A stretch of 33,322 nt of DNA from an uncultured bacterium (GTDB lineage: Bacteria > Hydrothermota > E44-bin80): contig CBDUQV010000001.1 in NCBI GenBank assembly GCA_965369615.1, positions 1-33,322 of the forward strand. The letters run 5' to 3'. Shown here one piece after another: positions 1 to 8,700 of the stretch (the stretch's first letter is position 1; every line of letters starts with the position of its first letter). The translations under genes and the position numbers were made by a program. The notes below the pieces were generated by a model, which was given only the letters and a program-made list of their open reading frames with translations, did not search any database and was not told where the DNA came from.

Positions 1-16
1 ACCAATAACTCGAGGG

Positions 17-45
17 AATATAGCATACTTTTTCTCTATTGTCAA
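17..45 (-). promoter_or_regulatory. sigma70-type promoter candidate firing leftward out of the window
   Basis: Minus strand reads TTGACA (40-45), a 17-nt spacer, then TATATT (17-22). The target gene lies off-window. Confidence 0.35.
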
Positions 46-86
46 CACCCCTTCACGAAAAAATTCTTAGCCCAAACCCCATTTTC

Positions 87-449
87 TTACTTTTCGCAGG
101 CAATAACACCATCAAGAGAAAGCGTGGGGATAATAATGGTTTTGTATGCTTCAACAAAATTCTTACCTGTTCTCATCTCTAAAACGGTCCTTCTGAGAAT
201 CAATTCATTCCTTACCTTTAAATTGTGAAGATTCAGAATAGATTCCAGAAGATCTATCAAAACATCCTGCTTTCTTACTGATTTTTCGAGTTGAAGAGCG
301 AGCAGGAAAAAGAGTCCCTCGGGAAGGAGCATCTTTAGCTTCCCCGATTCAGCCCGTTTGAATGTTTTTTCAATACTATCAAGAACCTCTGGATCGCTTG
401 AGGTAAAGTATCGGTGAAAGACCTCCGGAAGAACCAAGTATGTTTTCAT
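87..449 (-). CDS. PIN-like (VapC-like) putative toxin with a degenerate acidic site
   Basis: 120-aa ORF whose ATG shares a base with the stop of an AbrB-type antitoxin (TAATG). AAGGAGG SD lies inside the antitoxin 3' end. The C-terminal NFVEAY...TLSLDG resembles the PIN F-x-D-A...T-x-D layout. The usual N-terminal LDT Asp is absent (LVLPEVF). Confidence 0.45.
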   Translation of the reverse strand: MKTYLVLPEVFHRYFTSSDPEVLDSIEKTFKRAESGKLKMLLPEGLFFLLALQLEKSVRKQDVLIDLLESILNLHNLKVRNELILRRTVLEMRTGKNFVEAYKTIIIPTLSLDGVIACEK

Positions 450-625
450 TATTCCTCCTTTTGCTTCCCGCGAAAATCAAAAATGGTCTTTTTTATAGGA
501 ATGACCAGCACGTCCTTTCCCCTGATTTCAAAAAGTACCTTATCTCCTGATTCAATTTCAAGAAAATCCCGGATCTTCTTTGGTAGGGTCACCTGCCCCT
601 TCCTGGTGAGTCTGCATGGTCTCAT
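449..625 (-). CDS. AbrB/SpoVT (MazE/VapB-like) antitoxin, 58 aa, absent from the supplied ORF track
   Basis: My own translation of the minus strand gives MRPCRLTRKGQVTLPKKIRDFLEIESGDKVLFEIRGKDVLVIPIKKTIFDFRGKQKEE. The swapped-hairpin signature is RLTRKGQVTLPKKIRDFL. GGAGG lies 5 nt upstream of the ATG (623-625). The stop (449-451) overlaps the toxin start. Confidence 0.75.
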   Translation of the reverse strand: MRPCRLTRKGQVTLPKKIRDFLEIESGDKVLFEIRGKDVLVIPIKKTIFDFRGKQKEE

Positions 626-669
626 TACATCCTCCTTTGCCTTACAAATTAGTTAGTATTACTTTCTAT

Positions 670-698
670 AAAATAAAACTGAAATCCTCATTTGTCAA
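670..698 (-). promoter_or_regulatory. sigma70-type promoter candidate for the antitoxin-toxin operon
   Basis: Minus strand reads TTGACA (693-698), a 17-nt spacer, then TATTTT (670-675). This would give a leader of about 40 nt ending in the GGAGG SD. Confidence 0.4.
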
Positions 699-785
699 GC
701 AAAAAATAGAGTTTTCCCTTTTTTTCTGACATACTATGATACAGATACATTATTATGTTGAGCGTAAGAGCTCAAAAAATTTCTC

Positions 786-813
786 TTGACAAGTAGCTAT
801 TTTCTGTGATATT
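786..813 (+). promoter_or_regulatory. sigma70-type promoter candidate for gcvPB
   Basis: TTGACA (786-791), a 16-nt spacer, then TGT-GATATT as an extended -10 (805-813). The ATG is at 833, with a short A/T-rich leader and no SD. Confidence 0.45.
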
Positions 814-832
814 AAAAAGTTTTGTATAGAAA

Positions 833-2284
833 ATGAGAACTCTATTTGAAATATCGCGACAGGGAAAAAAAGCATACACATTACCATCTAATGATGTACC
901 TGAGACATATCCTGATACACTCCCTGCCAGACATAGACGGGCAAAACCGCCAAAGCTTCCGGAAGTAAGTGAAATTGAAGCAGTACGGTACTGGACAAAC
1001 CTTTCACAATTAAATTACCACATTGATAGAGGCTTCTATCCCCTCGGTTCATGTACCATGAAGTACAATCCAAAGATAAATGAAGAAACTGGTAGACTTA
1101 CCGGTTTCACTGACATTCACCCCCTCCAGCCAATTGCTACCGTTCAGGGAGCATTGCAGATCATGTACGAACTTGGAGAGATAATGGAAGAAATAACCGG
1201 GCTTCCTGCAGTATCCTTCCAGCCTGTTGCAGGTGCACATGGCGAGATCGCAGGATTGATGCTCGCTCGAGCTTATTTTGAATCTAAAGGCGAAAACCGG
1301 TCCACCGTTCTTATCCCCGATTCATCACATGGGACCAATCCTGCAAGCACCACATTATCGGGCTATCAATCGGTGAAAATATCATCGAATGAGCATGGTC
1401 TGGTAAATATTGATGAATTACAGGAAAAAATGGATGAAAAGGTTGCTGTTCTCATGCTCACTAATCCGAACACCCTTGGGCTTTTCGAAAGCGAAATCGA
1501 AAAAATTGATGAAATCGTGCACAAAAAGGGCGGATTACTGTATCTCGATGGTGCAAATTTGAATGCCCTGCTGGGAATAATAAAGCCGGGAAACGAAGGT
1601 TTTGATATAGTACATCTCAACCTCCATAAGACATTCTCAACACCACATGGAGGGGGAGGCCCCGGTGGTGGTGGACTCGCTGTCCGTGGGGATATTGCGC
1701 CATTCTTTCCCCTTCCCATTGTTGTCAAAACGGAATCCGGTTTTGCGCTCGATTACAATTGCCCTCAGTCAATAGGAAAGATACATTCCTTTTTCGGGAA
1801 CTTCGGCGTTATCGTCAAAGCATACACATACATGCTCATGCTTGGAAACATCGGATTGAAACGAATCAGTGAGAACGCAATCATTAATGCAAATTATCTA
1901 AAAGAATCATTAAAAGAAGATTTCGAACTTCCCTATACCCAACCTGCCATGCATGAATTTGTTCTATCCGGTTCAAAACAAAAAAAATTGGGTGTAAAAA
2001 CCCTCGATATCGCAAAACGCCTCCTTGACCTGGGATTTCATGCTCCAACCATTTACTTTCCTCTTATCGTTCCTGAAGCACTCATGATAGAGCCAACCGA
2101 AACAGAACCAAAAGATACTCTGGATGCTTTTATCAATGCGATGAAGCAAATTGCATGGGAGGCTGAAAATGAGCCGGAAACACTTAAACAAGCTCCCGTA
2201 ACAACTCCGGTCAGGAGATTGAACGAAGTGAAAGCAGCCAGAGAGCTCAAGGTTAAACATTCAGAGGATTCTGAAAATGAGTAA
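833..2284 (+). CDS. gcvPB: glycine dehydrogenase (decarboxylating) subunit 2, the P-protein beta subunit
   Basis: 483 aa. Hallmark PLP-lysine region HLNLHKTFSTPHGGGGPGGG. The rest matches family layout (GSCTMKYNP, IPDSSHGTNPAS, LMLTNPNTLG). Confidence 0.95.
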   Translation: MRTLFEISRQGKKAYTLPSNDVPETYPDTLPARHRRAKPPKLPEVSEIEAVRYWTNLSQLNYHIDRGFYPLGSCTMKYNPKINEETGRLTGFTDIHPLQPIATVQGALQIMYELGEIMEEITGLPAVSFQPVAGAHGEIAGLMLARAYFESKGENRSTVLIPDSSHGTNPASTTLSGYQSVKISSNEHGLVNIDELQEKMDEKVAVLMLTNPNTLGLFESEIEKIDEIVHKKGGLLYLDGANLNALLGIIKPGNEGFDIVHLNLHKTFSTPHGGGGPGGGGLAVRGDIAPFFPLPIVVKTESGFALDYNCPQSIGKIHSFFGNFGVIVKAYTYMLMLGNIGLKRISENAIINANYLKESLKEDFELPYTQPAMHEFVLSGSKQKKLGVKTLDIAKRLLDLGFHAPTIYFPLIVPEALMIEPTETEPKDTLDAFINAMKQIAWEAENEPETLKQAPVTTPVRRLNEVKAARELKVKHSEDSENE

Positions 2285-2618
2285 GTTCAAGAACTTTTTC
2301 AGACATGCCTTTGCCGTTGAGCCAGATGAAACCGCTCTGTATGCAGAAGAGGATATACCATCAGAAAGAAGGGCTGAACTTATCGAACGATTTGCAAAGG
2401 AAATCGTTGACAGGAGACTCTCCGTTCCAGCAATCATCTTTCTCGAAATGGTAAAACCACTTTCTTTTCTTGGTTCACAGGCAATGATCTTTCTTGAGCC
2501 AATCATCCAAAGTGTCTTTTCATTCAAAAGTTACAAAGAAGTGTATCTTTTGCTTGAAAAAAGAGAAAATGTCGAACGGTTACTCCAGGAAATAGAAAAA
2601 CAGGTGCAAGAGAAATAA
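2277..2618 (+). CDS. hypothetical small protein (113 aa) with one central hydrophobic stretch
   Basis: The ATG overlaps the gcvPB stop by 8 nt (ATGAGTAA). Hydrophobic segment LSVPAIIFLEMVKPLSFLGSQAMIFLEPII. I recognise no family. Confidence 0.5.
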   Translation: MSKFKNFFRHAFAVEPDETALYAEEDIPSERRAELIERFAKEIVDRRLSVPAIIFLEMVKPLSFLGSQAMIFLEPIIQSVFSFKSYKEVYLLLEKRENVERLLQEIEKQVQEK

Positions 2619-2672
2619 TCATTATATTCTTGGTCTTATATTTTCCATCTCTGCTGTTTTAAAGGAGGTTAT

Positions 2673-4466
2673 ATGGGTAATAATGAAATAAACGCCATTC
2701 TTGCAACAGATTGTGGAAGTACAACGACAAAAGCAATCCTCATTGAAAAGAAAAATAATGAATATCGGCTCATCGTGCGAGGTGAAGCGCCAACAACAGT
2801 AGAAGCACCCTTTGAGGATGTGACTAAAGGAGTACTCAATGCCATTAGAGAGGTTGAAGAACTCGCCGATAGAGAAATCCTCGATGGGGATAACATTATA
2901 ACTCCAAGGACTGATGAGAAAAAGGGTGTTGACCTTTATATCTCTACATCGAGTGCTGGCGGCGGTTTACAGATGATGGTGGCGGGTGTTGTGAAAACTA
3001 TGACAGCGGAGAGCGCGGCACGAGCTGCGCTCGGGGCAGGCGCAATAGTAATGGAAACTATTGCATCAAACGACGGGCGTTTAACTCATGAAAAAATTGA
3101 ACTCATCAGAAAGCTTCGTCCGGATATGATTCTCCTATCAGGAGGTATCGATGGCGGTACCGTGAAACATGTTGTTGAGCTTGCAGAGGTTATCGGTGCA
3201 GCAGACCCGCGCCCTCGATTCGGCACGGATTATAAGCTGCCTGTTATTTATGCAGGCAACAAAGATGCAAGGGAATTTATCAAGGAAAATCTGGAACAGA
3301 AGACTGACCTGAGTATTATCGAAAACTTGAGACCAATACTGGAGCGGGAAAACCTTGAACCCGCCCGCAACGAAATCCATGACTTATTTATGGAACATGT
3401 TATGGCACATGCACCGGGATATAAGAAGCTCATGACCTGGACTGCAGTACCGATTATGCCAACACCTGGTGCAGTCGGGCTCATCATCAAAGCAATCGCA
3501 GATACCGAACAAATTCAGGTGATTGGTGTTGATATTGGCGGCGCAACAACGGATGTCTTTTCAGTATTCCAGAAAATTTTTAACAGAACCGTAAGTGCAA
3601 ATCTTGGAATGAGTTATAGCATCAGCAATGTACTTGCTGAAGCGGGTGTTGAAAGTATTATGCGCTGGATTCCCTTTGATGTGGACAGAAAATATCTGCG
3701 GAATATGATAAAAAATAAAATGATACGTCCTACGACCATCCCGCAAAGCCTGAAGGAATTACAGCTTGAACAAGCAATAGCACGTGAAGCGCTCAGACTC
3801 GCCTTTGTTCAACACAGATCAATGGCAGTTAGCTTAAAGGGTGTGCAGCAGGAAAGAACCATATCCGATGCTTTCAGCCAGTCTGCCACAGGAGAGAGTC
3901 TCATTGATATGATGAATTGTGATCTCATCGTCGGTTCCGGAGGCGCCCTTTCTCATGCGCCACGAAGGAATCAAGCCGCGTTTATGCTCATTGATGGTTT
4001 TCTTCCTGAAGCGGTAACGCGACTTGCAGTAGATTCCATCTTTATGATGCCACAACTCGGAGTACTCTCAACAGTGAATGAAAAAGCTGCAACTGAGGTA
4101 TTCGATAAGGATTGCCTTATCAGACTTGGAACCTGTATCGCCCCGGTTGGAAAAGGAAGGGAAGGACGACCCTGCGTGCAGATAATCATTGACAACAAAA
4201 CAGTTGCTGTTAATTATCTGGACATGGCACTTGTTCCTCTCAAACCGGGTGAGAAAAAGCAGGTCACCATTTCACCGGCAAAAGGTTTTGATATGGGTGC
4301 TGGAAGTGGTAAACAAATAACTGCAACAATTGAAGGAGGCATTGTCGGTCTCATCATAGATGGACGGGGAAGACCGTTGGAATTACCGGAAGATGCAAAG
4401 AAAAGAATTACGTTGTTAAAACGGTGGAATGCAGCACTGGAAATCTATCCAGAGAAAACTCAATAA
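2673..4466 (+). CDS. GlmL/MutL-family ASKHA-fold ATPase (glutamate-mutase-accessory-like) with a C-terminal extension
   Basis: 597 aa, AAGGAGG SD at 2662-2668. Phosphate-1 motif ATDCGSTTTKA and phosphate-2 motif GVDIGGATTDVFS, spaced as in GlmL/MutL. There is an additional tail of about 130 aa containing GGIVGLIIDGRGRPLELP. Confidence 0.6.
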   Translation: MGNNEINAILATDCGSTTTKAILIEKKNNEYRLIVRGEAPTTVEAPFEDVTKGVLNAIREVEELADREILDGDNIITPRTDEKKGVDLYISTSSAGGGLQMMVAGVVKTMTAESAARAALGAGAIVMETIASNDGRLTHEKIELIRKLRPDMILLSGGIDGGTVKHVVELAEVIGAADPRPRFGTDYKLPVIYAGNKDAREFIKENLEQKTDLSIIENLRPILERENLEPARNEIHDLFMEHVMAHAPGYKKLMTWTAVPIMPTPGAVGLIIKAIADTEQIQVIGVDIGGATTDVFSVFQKIFNRTVSANLGMSYSISNVLAEAGVESIMRWIPFDVDRKYLRNMIKNKMIRPTTIPQSLKELQLEQAIAREALRLAFVQHRSMAVSLKGVQQERTISDAFSQSATGESLIDMMNCDLIVGSGGALSHAPRRNQAAFMLIDGFLPEAVTRLAVDSIFMMPQLGVLSTVNEKAATEVFDKDCLIRLGTCIAPVGKGREGRPCVQIIIDNKTVAVNYLDMALVPLKPGEKKQVTISPAKGFDMGAGSGKQITATIEGGIVGLIIDGRGRPLELPEDAKKRITLLKRWNAALEIYPEKTQ

Positions 4467-4488
4467 TGTAAAGGAATGAGGAGGGTCA

Positions 4489-5607
4489 GTGGCACACGCT
4501 TATACACCAGGTCTTAAAGTAACTGCACGTTCGGTTGTACGGAAGGAAAGAAGGTTACCATTGAAAGGCAAAGTTGTTGTCAAAGCTGGGGATGAAGTAA
4601 GTGCGAACACAATTGTTGCTACCACATCGCTTCCCGGAGCAGTAGAGCCACTCAACCTTGCCGGAAAACTCGGTATTCCTCCATCTGATATGCATGAATA
4701 TCTAACAAAAAAAGTCGGCGATAGTCTTGAAAAGGATGAAATTATTGCCCAGACAAAAGGCATTTTTGGACTTTTCAAAACTATTATAAAATCACCAATA
4801 AAGGGAACCATCGAAAATATTTCTGATATTACAGGACAATTAATACTGAGAGCACCACCCAAAAAGGTGGAAATCGATGCTTATATAGACGGGAAGGTTG
4901 TCAAAATTATTGAAAATGAAGGTGTTATCGTGGAAAGCGTTGCGGCATTTGTCCAGGGCATTTTCGGCATCGGAGGAGAAACAAAAGGAATCATAAAACA
5001 AATTGCCGCAAGCCCCGATGACATTATAACAGAGAACATGATTACCAAGGAACTCACGGGCACAATTCTTATTGGCGGTTCCCTTGTTGATAGCAACACA
5101 TTGAAGAAGGCAGCACAACTTGGTGTTAGAGGAATCGTTGCTGGGGGAATTGATGATCAGGATTTGAGAAACTTTCTCGGCTACGACATTGGTGTTGCTA
5201 TAACCGGCTCAGAAGATATTGGCATTACACTTGTTATCACAGAGGGTTTCGGAAAGATGAAAATGGCAGAACGAACATTTAAACTGCTGTGTGCACAGGA
5301 AGGCAAGAAAGCTTCAATCAACGGCACAACACAGATACGCGCCGGCGTTTTACGTCCTGAGATTGTCATTCCACTTCCTGGAGAAAAAGCGGAAGAAGCC
5401 GCTCAGGCAAGCAAAGGATTGGAGATTGGCCATCCCGTTCGTGTTATTAGAGAGCCGCATTTTGGTTCAATTGGAAAGGTTTATGAGCTTCCTCCAGAGT
5501 TGAAAGAAATAGAAACAGAAGCAAAAGTGAGAATTCTTGGGGTTGTATTTGAAGATGGTAAAAGAATTATTTTGCCACGCGCAAATGTGGAAATGATCGA
5601 GCAATAG
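4489..5607 (+). CDS. hypothetical protein (372 aa) with an N-terminal barrel-sandwich-hybrid-like region
   Basis: GTG start 3 nt after GAGGAGGG (4478-4485), 22 nt after the upstream stop. Hybrid-motif-like strands KGKVVVKAGDEVSANTIVATT and VGDSLEKDEIIAQTKG...SPIKGTIENI. Family not recognised. Confidence 0.55.
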   Translation: MAHAYTPGLKVTARSVVRKERRLPLKGKVVVKAGDEVSANTIVATTSLPGAVEPLNLAGKLGIPPSDMHEYLTKKVGDSLEKDEIIAQTKGIFGLFKTIIKSPIKGTIENISDITGQLILRAPPKKVEIDAYIDGKVVKIIENEGVIVESVAAFVQGIFGIGGETKGIIKQIAASPDDIITENMITKELTGTILIGGSLVDSNTLKKAAQLGVRGIVAGGIDDQDLRNFLGYDIGVAITGSEDIGITLVITEGFGKMKMAERTFKLLCAQEGKKASINGTTQIRAGVLRPEIVIPLPGEKAEEAAQASKGLEIGHPVRVIREPHFGSIGKVYELPPELKEIETEAKVRILGVVFEDGKRIILPRANVEMIEQ

Positions 5608-5744
5608 GCACATTATCTTTGATTTCTGTGTACTGAAATCTGCTCTAGCCTTAGCGTAAGCAAACACGAAGGGAGAAAAAAACCAACGTTAAATGTTTAA
5701 ACCGATAGAATTGGAAACCAAAAAGACGTAGCTTTGGAGGAAAG

Positions 5745-8700
5745 ATGGCTCGTGACAATGACAATAACCTGATAGATATTATAAGTAAGGTGGTCTCAAA
5801 ATATTACGAACCAAAAGAAACAGAACCAGTCCTCAAAGCCCAGCAACAGATTCTTTACTTGAAAAATTTTATAGAAGCGCTGGGGCGGTACTTGCCTCAT
5901 CGACTAGTGAAGAAAGTTTCCATCGAGCCAGAGAAAATAAAAGTTGATGGCGAAAGAAGAACCGTTACCATTCTCTTTGCCGACCTTACAGGATTTACAA
6001 CGATGTCAGAAACAATGGACCCTGAAGATGTTGTTCAGGTGGTCAATGAATACTTCACCCGGATGCTTAATGTTGTTTTCAAGTATGGTGGTGCAATTGA
6101 CAAATTCATGGGCGACGCTATCCTTGTTGTCTTTGGGGCACTCGAAACACACGAGGACGATGCCATCCGAGCAACCCTTGCAGGAATTGAGATGCAGAAG
6201 GAAATGGAAATATTCAATAAGGATGGAGCCCTTCCTTTCCCACTTTCCATGAGCATTGGAATCAACACCGGTCCAGTCGTTGCAGTAAATGTTGGCACGC
6301 TGGAGAGAATGGAGTTTACTATTATGGGAGATAACGTTAACCTTGCTTCACGCCTTGAAGGGGTTGCAAAACCGGGGCAGGTAATTGTGAGCCAATCCAC
6401 ATATCAAAAAATAAAAAATCACATAAAGGTTAAAAAACTCCCTTCAGTAAAAGTGAAGGGAAAGAAAAAACCTGTGCTTATCTATCTTGCTGAGAAACCA
6501 GCAATTCAGAAAAGAGCTCAAAGGGCAATTGCCTTCAAGGCGAAAACAAAATTTATTGGCAGAGAAAACGAACTCAATACTCTGAAAAAGGCAATTGAAG
6601 CAGCACATGCGGGCGAACGGAAAGTCGTTTCAATAATTGGAGAATCGGGTACAGGAAAAACCCGACTCCTGGAAGAAAGTGACTCGCCACTCGCAGCAGC
6701 AGGATTTACCGTGCTCAGAGGAGATGCATATTCGTATACTTCAGACATTGCTTACTTTTCCTTTAAGCAAATTCTTACACAGCTTTTCGGTATCTGGGAA
6801 AAGGACAGCGATGATGAAAAAAAGCTGAAAATTACCTCCTTCCTCAGCAACAAAGGACTTGGAGAAATGGAGCTGCTTATCATCCCCGCATTACTTGATA
6901 TTGAGACTGAACAAACAATGGGGATTCCACCTGAAATGAAGAAAAAATACATCTTTGAATCAGTACGCAACCTTTTTTCCATGCTTTCGCAGAGTCCTCT
7001 GTGCTTAAAATTTGAAGACCTTCAGTGGGCTGATAAACTTTCTATTGAACTCATACTATTCCTTTCCTATGAAATCATGAAAGGAAATTTCCTTCTTCTC
7101 TGCACGTTCAGACCTGAATTCGCTTTTCCGCTTATCGGAGAAGACTTTGCTCTCACGATTCACCTTGAAAACTTTGAAAAGGAATTCACGGCTCAGTACT
7201 TAAAAGAAATTTTCCAGGAGAGAGAGCCATCTCAGGAAATAACTGAACTTGTATTCATGCACTCAAAGGGAAACCCTTTGTACATTGAAGCACTTGCAAA
7301 GAACCTCGTTAAGCGAAGACTTCTCAAGAGAAAAGAAGTAAGGATTGAATTGAGAAAATCGCCCGACCAGATACGAGTCCCCGATACCATCAACAGTATT
7401 GTCATGGAGCGAGTGGACAGAATGGAAGAAATGGACCAGCGTCTTCTCCGGATGGCTTCAATCGTTGGACAAGTTTTCACGCGTGAGGATCTTGCATATC
7501 TTCTCCAGAAGGATACCGACGATATTGCTGGAAACCTCGAAAGACTGGAACATTTTGAAGGTGAAATAGCAAGTATAAAGGATGGTGACAATCCTACCTA
7601 CCGCTTCAATACACCAACCATGAGAGAAGTGATTTACGATTCAATGCTCAGAAAAACCAGAGCGGAATTACATAAACGCTATGGAGACTGGATATTGCAG
7701 CGTAACAGAGAAAACCAACAACCTGTTCTCGAGATACTCGCTTACCATTTTGTTAATGGTGGGGATGTCGAAAATGGCATTATGTTCTCAAAGCTTTCGG
7801 GAGAAAAAGCGCGAATCTACTTTGCCAATGAAGCCGGAATTAAATTCTTCAATGATGCAATGCGTTTGCTCAAAAAAACCGAAATGACAGGAGAAAAAGA
7901 AAAGGTAAAATTGGAAATATTCAGAAGACAGGGTTATTTCCTCATGATGTTAGGAGATACGAAAAATGCACTTCTTAACCAGAAACGTTCACTGCGTCTT
8001 GCCAATAAATTGGGTCAGAACAAAGACAAAATTATGTCACTTATGAACATCGGCATGCTCTACGACAAAATGGGTGTTCCACAAAAACCTATTAAATACT
8101 ACAAAAGAGCAAGAAAGGCAGCAAAAAGCATTGGTCTCCTTCCACTCGTTGCTATGACCGAAAATAATATGGGTATCTACTACAAAAAGACGGGACAATT
8201 CGACAAAGCTCTCGCATCATTTGCTAACTCACTTGACATTAACAGAACAATCAAAAATCCGATCGAGGAAGCTGTCGCCATTATGAATACTGGGGAGGTT
8301 CACAAACTACTCGGTTCCCCGGATAAAGCACTCGAAAATTACGAAACAGCAATGAAAATGTTTAAGAAGCTGAATGCAAAAGACAGATTGCCAGTCCTGC
8401 ATTTTGCAATTTCCACGACACATCTTATGAAGGGTGACTTCGAAAAGGCAAGATCGCATGCTGATGAAGCACTCAATCTTGCACGTGAGGTTGGTGATAT
8501 GAAGACTGAGAAAGACAGCCTTGGAACACTCGGAATTATTGTCTTCAGAATGAATCAACCGGTAAAAGCAATCGAGCTCTATAATCAGTCGCTCGCAATG
8601 GCAGAGAAGATGCATGACCTTGAGCACCAGATGACTCTGTTTATCAACATCGGGGAAGTATTCCACAATGTCGGAGATTTCGAAAATGCTGTTGAATACC

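Noticed and set aside
414-656. 80-aa plus-strand ORF from the supplied track.
   Set aside because: It is the antisense shadow of the 58-aa AbrB-type antitoxin. The antitoxin has an SD, a clear fold signature and start/stop coupling to the toxin.
764-775. Palindrome around GAGCTC (TTGAGC-N6-GCTCAA) between the toxin-antitoxin pair and gcvPB, considered as a terminator or operator.
   Set aside because: The stem is short, with no U-tract on either strand. It lies upstream of both divergent promoters, and nothing supports a function.
657-832. Glycine riboswitch upstream of gcvPB.
   Set aside because: The region is A/T-rich and lacks the conserved GGAGAG...CACCG-type cores. The predicted promoter leaves only about 20 nt of leader.
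5621-5640. Hairpin GATTTC-N8-GAAATC after the 372-aa gene, considered as a terminator.
   Set aside because: The stem is only 6 bp and A/T-rich, and no U-tract follows. The same applies to the weak A/T stem near 18075-18105 after the antiporter gene. I found no convincing intrinsic terminator in the window.
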